Below, piece by piece: positions 47,677-55,480 of a stretch of 64,000 nt of DNA. A program made the translations under genes and the position numbers. The stretch's first letter is position 1; each line of letters opens with the position of its first letter. Below the pieces are notes generated by a model. It searched no databases, was not told where the DNA came from, and saw only the letters and a program-made list of their open reading frames with translations. Source of the DNA: Hyalangium minutum (lineage in GTDB: Bacteria; Myxococcota; Myxococcia; Myxococcales; Myxococcaceae); assembly GCF_000737315.1 (NCBI RefSeq), contig NZ_JMCB01000028.1, positions 181,119 through 245,118 on the forward strand, given 5' to 3'.

Positions 47677-49917
47677 ATGCCCGTCGTGGAATCCCGCATC
47701 GACACCGTGGTCGTCTACCAGCAGGGAGCGCGCATCACCCGCCGCCTCGTGCTGGACTGCCCTGACGGCAAGCCCCCCACGCAGCTCGAGATTCCCCAGC
47801 TCCCGCTCTCGCTCTTTGATCCCACCGTGCGCGTGCGAGTGCTCTCCACGGGCACACTGCAGGCGGACCTCTCCGCCACCCATGTGCGTGTCGGCCTGTG
47901 GATCCCTCCCCGGGAAGCGCCCCTGGAGACCGTGGACGAGGCCTCACTCCGCAAGCTGCGCCAGCAGGTGCGCACGGTCGAGAGCCAGCTCCAGGAACAG
48001 GAGTGGGAGATGTCCATCCTGGGCAGCGTCACCATTCCGCCGCGCCCCGAGCCCGAGGAGGGAAAGCCCCCGCCGCCCTCGCCTCTGGGTGCCCGCATGG
48101 CGCTGGAGCAGTTCTCCCATGACGGCGTACAGACCCGGCTCGCCGAGGCGCGGAAGCTCCGCGAGCAGCTCCGCAAGCTGAACGAGGAAGTGGCCGTCCT
48201 GGAGCAGAAGATCGCCCAGGCCTCCACCGCCCGCCAGGTGACCACCTCCGAGCTCTACAAGTCCGTGCACGTGCAGCTGCGCCACACCGGCGCCTCGCTC
48301 TCCCGCGCGGAGCTCTCCCTCGAGTACTTCATCCCCGGCGCCCGCTGGGCTCCCAGCTACCAGTGCCGGCTGAGCCGGGACTGCCGCGAGGTGGAGCTGG
48401 TGATGCGCGCGCTCATCGCCCAGCACTCGGGCGAGGACTGGCGCGGTGTGAAGCTGGTGCTCTCCACCGCCGCGCCCATGACGTGGACGGAGCTGCCCGA
48501 GCTGCCCTCCATTCGCATTGGCCGCGCGCAGCCTCCACCGTCCGCTCGCGCGGGGTTCCGTCCCGCTCCTCAGGGAGCCGGGGCGCTCTTCGCTGACTAC
48601 GACCGCGACCGCATGAGCCTGCTGCACCGGCTGCCGTCGCCGTCGCCGTACGCCTTCCCCACCTTGGAGGCTCCCGCGGATCTGGACGACGCGCTCCTCT
48701 CCGCGAGCGTCCCCTCGCTTCCGGAACCTCGCAGGGACAAGGCTCGAAAAAAGAGCATGCGCCTCGAGCGGCGCCGGGCGGCCGATACCGGCGAGATGGA
48801 TGATGAGGCGGAGATCAAAGAGTCCTCCGACGGTGCCATCTACGAGGAGGAGTCCTATGAGCAGGCAGTGCCTCCGCCGCCCCCCTCCATGGCCCCTGTC
48901 ATGGCCGCGCCCGCTCCTGCGTCACGGAGCGCGCCGGCGCCCAAGTCCATCGCCGTGGGCGGACGCTCCTCCGCGCGACTCAGCGCGATGGCGGCAGGTC
49001 CAGGCGGAGGTGGCCCCTCGCAGGCTGAGTTGGAGGCGGTGGTCTTCACCCACCTGCGGCTCTCCTCGGCGGAAGATGCCGCCAATCGCAACCGGCTCCA
49101 GCCCGTGAACGCGCAGCGCTTCTACCTGGAGACGCTCTCTCGCTTCTCCGTCACGGTGTCCTTCGACGTGATGGCCGCGGTGGCGCACGCGGAGAACCGG
49201 GCCCGCGCCGTGGCCAACGCGCCGCTGCCCGGTGGAGCGGTGGATGCGCGCAGCATCGGAGGCTTCTTCGACTTCAGCTACGCGGCGGATGCCACCGTGG
49301 ATGTGCCCTCGGACGGCGTGTTCCACTCCGTGGCCCTGGGCTCGCGCAGCGGCGGTGCCAGCGTCCTCTATGTGGCCGTCCCTCGCGAGGACACCAACGT
49401 CTACCGTCAGGCCCAGGTGACGAACCCGCTCGCCGCGCCCATGCTGGCCGGCCCCGCCGAGGTCTACGTCGGTGGCGAGTACGTGCTCTCCACCACGCTG
49501 CCCGCGGTGCCACCGCGTGGGGACTTCAAGCTGGGACTCGGCGTGGAGCAGGCCATCCGCTGCGCGCGCAACACGAAGTACCGCGAGGCCCGCAGCGGCA
49601 CGAAGATCGTCGCCACCACGGAACTGTGGCACGACATCCTCATTGATCTGGCCAACAACCTGGACCGGGAGATCGTCTGCGAGGTGCGCGAGCGCATCCC
49701 CCAGCCTGCCGCGGAGGCCGAGGTCGTCGTCGAGGAGGGCACCGTCACCCCCGCCTGGGAGGCATACACCCAGGAGGAGCGCACCCAGCCGCTCGAAGGC
49801 GGGCGCCGCTGGCGCATCACCGTGCCCGCCAACAGCACGGCGAAGCTGGCAGCCCAGTACGTGGTGAAGCTGTACGCCAACAACGAGCTCAACGGCGGCA
49901 ACCGCCGGGAGGCGTGA
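47677..49917 (+). CDS. DUF4139/DUF4140 (MuiA-like) protein 1
   Basis: IDTVVVYQQGARITR, coiled coil, ARWAPSY, QHSGEDW, LSTA, FKLGLG. Confidence 0.8.
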   Translation: MPVVESRIDTVVVYQQGARITRRLVLDCPDGKPPTQLEIPQLPLSLFDPTVRVRVLSTGTLQADLSATHVRVGLWIPPREAPLETVDEASLRKLRQQVRTVESQLQEQEWEMSILGSVTIPPRPEPEEGKPPPPSPLGARMALEQFSHDGVQTRLAEARKLREQLRKLNEEVAVLEQKIAQASTARQVTTSELYKSVHVQLRHTGASLSRAELSLEYFIPGARWAPSYQCRLSRDCREVELVMRALIAQHSGEDWRGVKLVLSTAAPMTWTELPELPSIRIGRAQPPPSARAGFRPAPQGAGALFADYDRDRMSLLHRLPSPSPYAFPTLEAPADLDDALLSASVPSLPEPRRDKARKKSMRLERRRAADTGEMDDEAEIKESSDGAIYEEESYEQAVPPPPPSMAPVMAAPAPASRSAPAPKSIAVGGRSSARLSAMAAGPGGGGPSQAELEAVVFTHLRLSSAEDAANRNRLQPVNAQRFYLETLSRFSVTVSFDVMAAVAHAENRARAVANAPLPGGAVDARSIGGFFDFSYAADATVDVPSDGVFHSVALGSRSGGASVLYVAVPREDTNVYRQAQVTNPLAAPMLAGPAEVYVGGEYVLSTTLPAVPPRGDFKLGLGVEQAIRCARNTKYREARSGTKIVATTELWHDILIDLANNLDREIVCEVRERIPQPAAEAEVVVEEGTVTPAWEAYTQEERTQPLEGGRRWRITVPANSTAKLAAQYVVKLYANNELNGGNRREA

Positions 49918-49918
49918 C

Positions 49919-51550
49919 ATGAGCACGGCCATCCAGATTTCCTCTCCCACCGGCGTGGAGCACTTCGATCCCCCGCTGCCCACGGGCACCACCGCCCTGG
50001 AGGCGCCCGTCCGCTCCGTCACGCTGCTGGAGGATCGCGCCCAGGTCACCCGCCGGGGCACGGTCCGCGTGAAGGCGGGACAGAACCGCATCGTCGTCCA
50101 CGGCGTGGCGCCGGTGATCCAGGACGTCTCGCTGCGCGCGGAGGTCGTCACCGGCAAGGCCCGCGTGGCGGACGCCCGCATGCGCCGCAGCCTGCGCATC
50201 CGCACCGCGGACAAGCCCGAGGCCGCCCGCGCGCTCGAGGAGAAGATCGAGTCGCTGCAGCACGAGCGCCAGCAGGTGCTGGAGGACCAAGCCAACGCCC
50301 GCTCCCGCTTCGAGCGCATCCAGCAGATGCTCCACCTGGGCGCCGAGGAGATCCCGGAGGACGCGGGCTGGGGCATGGGCATGGCGGCCCAGTGGCAGGA
50401 CTCTTTCGACGCGCTGTTCCGCAAGTCCCGCCAGCTGCGCGAGTCCATGCTCCAAGCCTCCTTCACCGCCGAGCGGCTCGCGGAGGAGATCAGTGTCGCG
50501 ACCGTCCAGCGCCAGGCCATGGATCGCGTGGACCACCAAGTGGTGTCCTGGCTGGAGGCGGACGTGCTCGCCGACGCCGATGGCGAGGTGGAGGTCCGCA
50601 TCGACTATGTGGTGCCGAACGCCCTCTGGCGCCCGCTGCACACCGCGCGCCTGCTGGGCCGCAGCCAGCTGCAGCTCACTTCCTCGGCCGCCGTGTGGCA
50701 GGCCACGGGCGAGGACTGGAAGGACGTGGAGCTGAAGTTCTCCACCGCGCGCTCCTCGCTGGGCACCGAGCCGCCCGTGCTGCACGCGGATCTGCTCACC
50801 GCGAAGAAGAAGAACGAGTCCGTGGTGGTGCAGGCCCGGCAGGTCCAAGTGCAGAAGGCCGGCCTGGGCAGCACGCCCTCCTCCGGTGGCAGCAGCAGCC
50901 CTGCGGCGCCCACCAGCGTGGATCTGCCCGGGGTGGACGATGGCGGAGAGACGCGCAACCTGAAGGCGCCCGGGAAAAGCACCATCCCCTCGGATGGGCG
51001 GCCCAACGTCATCCCGCTCTTCACTTTCGAGGGTGGTGCGGAGTCCGCGCTGGTCACATTCCCCGAGTTGGAGAACAAGGTGTTCCTGCGGGCGGTGGCG
51101 CGCAACACCTCGCCCAGCCCGGTGCTGGCGGGACCGGTGGAGCTGCTTCAGGACAACGGCTTCGTGGGATGGACCCAGACGCTCTTCGTGGCGCCCCAGG
51201 AGAAGTTCGAGCTGAGCTTCGGCCCGGACGACGCGCTGCGCGTGCGGCGCGAGGAGAAGAAGAGCTCCAAGCAGAACACCGTCAGCAAGTGGAACGAGTC
51301 CACCACGAACGTGAGCATCTATCTCTCCAACCTCTCGGGCGAGGCGCGCCACGTGGTGGTCACCGAGCGAATCCCCGTCTCCGAGATCGAACACGTGAAG
51401 GTCGAGCTGGACGAGGAGAAGAGCTCCAGCGGCTTCAAGCTGGACGACCACGGGTTCTGCACCTGGAAGGTCGACGTGCCGGCCAACGGGCACCTTGTCC
51501 TGCAGCTGCGGTTCAAGGTGTCCCTGGCGCCGGGCGTCCAGAGCGCCTGA
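49919..51550 (+). CDS. DUF4139/DUF4140 (MuiA-like) protein 2
   Basis: VRSVTLLEDRAQVTR, ALWRPLH, QATGEDW, FELSFG, VTERIPVSE. Confidence 0.8.
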   Translation: MSTAIQISSPTGVEHFDPPLPTGTTALEAPVRSVTLLEDRAQVTRRGTVRVKAGQNRIVVHGVAPVIQDVSLRAEVVTGKARVADARMRRSLRIRTADKPEAARALEEKIESLQHERQQVLEDQANARSRFERIQQMLHLGAEEIPEDAGWGMGMAAQWQDSFDALFRKSRQLRESMLQASFTAERLAEEISVATVQRQAMDRVDHQVVSWLEADVLADADGEVEVRIDYVVPNALWRPLHTARLLGRSQLQLTSSAAVWQATGEDWKDVELKFSTARSSLGTEPPVLHADLLTAKKKNESVVVQARQVQVQKAGLGSTPSSGGSSSPAAPTSVDLPGVDDGGETRNLKAPGKSTIPSDGRPNVIPLFTFEGGAESALVTFPELENKVFLRAVARNTSPSPVLAGPVELLQDNGFVGWTQTLFVAPQEKFELSFGPDDALRVRREEKKSSKQNTVSKWNESTTNVSIYLSNLSGEARHVVVTERIPVSEIEHVKVELDEEKSSSGFKLDDHGFCTWKVDVPANGHLVLQLRFKVSLAPGVQSA

Positions 51551-51586
51551 GGCGGCAGCACTTCCTCCACGCACCGAGAGGTCTCC

Positions 51587-51937
51587 ATGCGCGCTGTCCA
51601 GCTGCTCCCGCTGTTCCTGCTCGTGTCCGCGATCTCCTGCAGCACCCCGCAGGCTCAGGTGGATCCCTCCCAGCCACAGCCGCCGAAGACGACGCTGGAG
51701 GTGCGCAACCAGAAGCCGCTCGACTTCACGATGTACGTGGTGGATGGCACCCACCGCCTCCGCCTGGGACTGGTGCCAGGAATGAGCACCCGCACCTTCA
51801 CCATCCCCCACCACCTGGTGAACGACCGGGGCTCGCTCCGCTTCCAGGCGGACACCATCGGCTCCGAGGCGGTGCTGACCACGGACGAGGAACTCGCGGT
51901 GCGCCCGGGCGATAGTGTCTCCCTGACCCTCCGGTAG
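51587..51937 (+). CDS. Small beta-rich lipoprotein, unknown function
   Basis: RBS GAGG; signal ending AISC; single Ig-like domain. Confidence 0.65.
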   Translation: MRAVQLLPLFLLVSAISCSTPQAQVDPSQPQPPKTTLEVRNQKPLDFTMYVVDGTHRLRLGLVPGMSTRTFTIPHHLVNDRGSLRFQADTIGSEAVLTTDEELAVRPGDSVSLTLR

Positions 51938-51988
51938 TCCGTCACTCACCCACCCTGTTGGGTCAGATCTGTGCTAGAGAGGCAGCCC

Positions 51989-52531
51989 ATGCTCGACCAC
52001 ATCATGCTGAGGGTGAAGGACTACGCTGAGTCCAAGCGCTTCTACGATGAGGTGCTGGGAACGCTGGGCTACAAGATGCTCATGGAGTTCCCAGAGGCCG
52101 GCGGCTACGGAGACGAGAAGCCGTACTTCTGGATTGGCGCGGCGCCGGATCCGCACCCGCGCGTCCACATCGCCTTCATGGCCAAGAGCCGCGCCCAGGT
52201 GGATGCGTTCCACGCCAAGGCGCTCGAGCTGGGCGCCAAGAGCGATGGCGCGCCGGGCCTCCGGCTGGAGTACCACCCGGACTACTACGCCGCTTTCGTC
52301 ATCGACCCGAACGGCCACAACATCGAGGCCGTGATCCACACGCCAAACGAGCTGCCTCGCGTGGCCCAGGTCACCAAGGTCGCCAAGAAGGCCGCGACTA
52401 AGGCTGTGGGTGCGGCAAAGAAGGCCGCCAAGAAGGCCGTGGGTGCAGCGAAGAAGGCCGCCAAGAAGGCCGTGGGTGCGGCGAAGAAGGCCAGTGCCCG
52501 GAAGAAGGGTTCGGCCCAGCGCAAGCGGTAG
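51989..52531 (+). CDS. VOC/glyoxalase-family protein with Lys/Ala-rich repeat tail
   Basis: MLDHIML, HIAF, DGAPGLR, YYAAFVIDPNGHNIE; tail of AKKAAKKAVGA repeats. Confidence 0.88.
   Translation: MLDHIMLRVKDYAESKRFYDEVLGTLGYKMLMEFPEAGGYGDEKPYFWIGAAPDPHPRVHIAFMAKSRAQVDAFHAKALELGAKSDGAPGLRLEYHPDYYAAFVIDPNGHNIEAVIHTPNELPRVAQVTKVAKKAATKAVGAAKKAAKKAVGAAKKAAKKAVGAAKKASARKKGSAQRKR
52382..52492 (+). repeat. 33-bp tandem coding repeat (~3.4 copies)
   Basis: Units at 52382, 52415, 52448 and partial 52481, encoding AKKAA(T/K)KAVGA. Confidence 0.9.
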
Positions 52532-52573
52532 TCCGCTCCTGGAAGCGGCCTCCCGCGCCGGATGGAAGCTCGC

Positions 52574-53029
52574 CTATTTCAGGCGCACCTTCAGGTGCTC
52601 CACCGAGGCGTTGGGTCGTCCCATGAAGGCGTCGAGCAGGCGCTCCTCGACGTTCTCCTCTTCCCACACGGCCAGGCGCTCCAGCCCGACACACTCTTGC
52701 GGCTCCGCGCTTCTCTCATGGCCGGCGGTGTCGAAGATCGTGCAGTCGCGAAAGTTCCCGATGTCCTGCATGAACTGAACGATGGGCTGAGAAAACTGCT
52801 CCTCCATCTCTCTCCACCCGATGAGCGTCCACCTCCTCTCTTCCAAGTGGCGGACCGAAATCTTGAAGAGGATGGGCTGGGCGGCGATGCGCTTCAGATC
52901 GGAATCCGGAGTCTCGGTTCTGTAACCGTAATAGGCGTCATGCGGCGGCTTCAGCACCCGGCCATAGCCAAAGGAGCCGTCGGCGAGGGGGACTCTCAAG
53001 AACGAGCCTGGCCTGTAGAGTCGCGGCAT
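52574..53029 (-). CDS. Imm26-like immunity protein
   Basis: YRPGSFLRVPLADGSFGYGRVL N-terminus; ATG 2 nt after toxin stop. Confidence 0.7.
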   Translation of the reverse strand: MPRLYRPGSFLRVPLADGSFGYGRVLKPPHDAYYGYRTETPDSDLKRIAAQPILFKISVRHLEERRWTLIGWREMEEQFSQPIVQFMQDIGNFRDCTIFDTAGHERSAEPQECVGLERLAVWEEENVEERLLDAFMGRPNASVEHLKVRLK

Positions 53030-53031
53030 TT

Positions 53032-54060
53032 CTAGTACCCCGTGTATGGGTAAAGGAGACCCCACATCTGCGTGGCAACATCGTGGAACCGTCGGCCGCG
53101 TGGATTGTCTTTCGCCACACCTCGTACTGCATTCTCGGTCTGATAGGGCTCTCCGGTGTCAGAGCGAGCACCCCCGAGGGAATCCATCAACTGCTGCTCC
53201 CTCCCACGAATCCGCCAGTACGCGACGTCGTCGTATCTCTGGCCATAGTCAACGGCAGTCCCGGCATCGAATCGATCCACTTCCGCAGGTGAGAAAGCAG
53301 CCCCCCGAGGCTCCGTGTTCTCGTCCAGATGATGGTTCCTCTCTCGAAGAAGAACGGCCAGTGCTGCCTGAAACCGGAGGGACTCCGTGAGATCAACGAC
53401 CATGCTGGTCCGCTCCGCGTAGTAGCGGTGGGTTGTCTTGTTGAGCTTCGAGTAGGTGACGTAGATGCGCCCCAGCCGTTTCCTGTCACGCTGGTCGGGC
53501 TCTGGCCTGGCCGCCGCGCCGGGAGGAGCCTGGGTTGGGTACTGACCTTGGACCCAGCCCTTCACATCGCCGAAGTGCGTGCCGTAGTACTCGTCCGCGA
53601 TGTCGATGGGTGTCTCCTCCCCATGCGCGGCCGCACTGGCCGTCAGGCACACCAGGAGGCCGCTGCCGACCGCCGCCACCACCGCACCTCCCACCACCAC
53701 CACCTCTCCCGCCGCGCCACCAGCCCGGGCCTCCAGCTCCGGGGCGCCTTCAGGCACCCACCGCAGCACTCCGCGGGGGACGCCATCGCCCAGTCCCTCG
53801 CCGGGCAGCCTTTCCAGGAGAGGCGCCGAGCGTGGCGCGAGTGGCTCTACGGGAACAGCCTCCGCTGGCGCCACCACCAGCACCACTCGCATCCCCGCTC
53901 GCGGGGCCGCCACCGCCTCCTTGCGCGCCCTGGCCGTACCGTCACCGAGCGGGACAGAGACACAGCGCTGGGGCTGCTCCGAGGTGCTGCGGATGCTCGG
54001 GGCCGTGCCGCTACACCCCACCAGCACCATGCACAGCAGCACCACCCACCCACGCGACAC
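53032..54060 (-). CDS. Lipoprotein polymorphic toxin with GIY-YIG/URI-like C-terminal domain
   Basis: GGAGG-6nt-GTG start; MSRGWVVLLCMVLVGC lipobox; hydrophobic Gly/Ala/Val hairpin; C-terminal RIYVTY...YYAERTS...IRGREQQL...EN; immunity gene downstream. Confidence 0.65.
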   Translation of the reverse strand: MSRGWVVLLCMVLVGCSGTAPSIRSTSEQPQRCVSVPLGDGTARARKEAVAAPRAGMRVVLVVAPAEAVPVEPLAPRSAPLLERLPGEGLGDGVPRGVLRWVPEGAPELEARAGGAAGEVVVVGGAVVAAVGSGLLVCLTASAAAHGEETPIDIADEYYGTHFGDVKGWVQGQYPTQAPPGAAARPEPDQRDRKRLGRIYVTYSKLNKTTHRYYAERTSMVVDLTESLRFQAALAVLLRERNHHLDENTEPRGAAFSPAEVDRFDAGTAVDYGQRYDDVAYWRIRGREQQLMDSLGGARSDTGEPYQTENAVRGVAKDNPRGRRFHDVATQMWGLLYPYTGY

Positions 54061-54419
54061 GCAGCGCCTCCAAGCGTTGGCTTCCTCCGACACGCTCCCG
54101 AGCTTACGAGCACGCCGTGCGATCCTGTCAACGAGGCACCCCAGAATGGAGGTCGAGACGACCCGTGGAAAGCGCGGGATGTCGAGCACGGCGGGCAAGA
54201 GCATCCGGGCCCACTGCAGTTCTTCAAGTCCTCGTCGATTCGAGGCGTTACCTCGCCCGACGAGCCGCAGTCACGCGGATCAGTGGCACGCATCTCCGGG
54301 AGATTGCTTTTATAACGACCACTGACGCTCGCTTCCTCCAGGCGAGAGGGCCTGTTCAACTCGGTGTCAATACGGGGCACGGCGCACTCATACGCTTCAC
54401 CAGTATTCGTGCCACCACT

Positions 54420-55298
54420 GAGTTCGAGTTTCGCAGACCTGGCCCTGCGGATGATGTGTTCGCCCTGGGCGTCACCGCCTGCGTGCTCGCCACCGGCAAG
54501 TACCCGGAGATGGGCGACCTCCAGACGGATGCGCAGGGCCACGGGTACCTGGATTCGCTGAGGCTGCCTCGGGCCTTGTTCTCGGCCCGGGTGGAGCCGC
54601 CGCTGCGCGAGCTCATTCTGCACATGCTCGCCATCCGCCCCGAGGAGCGCATCACCGCCGCCGAGCTGGCACCTGCTCTGGAGCGCGCCGCTGACTCGCT
54701 CCGCTCGCCATCCCCTGCTGCCTCCGCCGCCCCTTCCGCCCAGCCTGCGCAGCCCGCGCGCCGCCACCGCCTGGCCTGCGCAGCCACCTCTGGAGCGTTC
54801 CTCGCCAGGGCGGCGGGAGTGGCCCTGCTGCTCCTGCTGGGAGTTCGCGATGGTGCTGGGCCTGCTCCAGACGCCGAGCCCCTCGCCGCTGGCGCGAGCC
54901 CGTCCGAGGGTGCGCCCGCGGGCCTTGGCGAGACGGCGGCTTCCGCCGCACCCACCGCTCACCCTCCCTCCTCCTCCCAGCCCGTGTCCGCAGACACGCT
55001 TCCCGAGCCCTACGAGGGACAGGCCCAGCCCGACAAGAAGGGCCGATGCCCCCATCCCCGGCAAGTCGTCCTCAACGGAGCCTGCTGGATACGCATGGGC
55101 GTCAGCCGGGAAGAGTGCGATGCGTGGCTCACGGGCCACATGTACCAGGGCGCCTGCTACGTGCCGATCTTCGCCCCCGGCGCCCCTCCCTTGCATCCTG
55201 AACTGGACCTTCTGCAGAGAAGCCGAGCCACCTTCCGGCAGCTGCGACTGGGGGCGACGTGCTGGGAGCCCCACGAGCGTGACTGTTCGGAAAGGTAG
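54420..55298 (+). pseudogene. 5'-truncated myxobacterial Ser/Thr kinase remnant
   Basis: Keeps subdomains IX-XI (PADDVFALGVT, LILHMLAIRPEER), TM and Cys-rich tail (GRCP..LNGACW..C..GACYVP); no Gly-loop, HRD or DFG upstream in frame; stop lies inside the REP-like element. Confidence 0.7.
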
Positions 55299-55337
55299 GG
55301 ACTTTTGAAGCGCAAAACCCCCGACCTTTCCGAACAG
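55283..55337. repeat. REP-like palindromic element, copy 2
   Basis: CTGTTCGGAAAGGTAGGG-acttttgaagcgcaaaacc-CCCGACCTTTCCGAACAG. Confidence 0.8.
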
Positions 55338-55480
55338 GCGGCCGCTCCGGTCTCTTCGACGGCGCATCAGGGAACTCCCGGGACGCATCTAGAGGCCAAG
55401 GCTTCGCCTGCTGGCTCTACCTCAACACCCTCTGAGGGGTCTGGGCCCCTCCCCTACGCCAGTGCTAACCTGAGCACCTC

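Noticed and set aside
52382-52492. 33-bp repeats as CRISPR or REP
   Set aside because: Head-to-tail without spacers and in frame within a CDS
53032-54204. Toxin start at 54204 (390 aa)
   Set aside because: Puts the lipobox at residue 64 with no RBS; GTG 54060 has GGAGG at 6 nt and gives a canonical signal peptide
53535-55298. 587-aa ORF as an intact kinase
   Set aside because: First ~290 codons are antisense to the toxin gene and lack kinase motifs I-VIII; only the 3' part is kinase-derived
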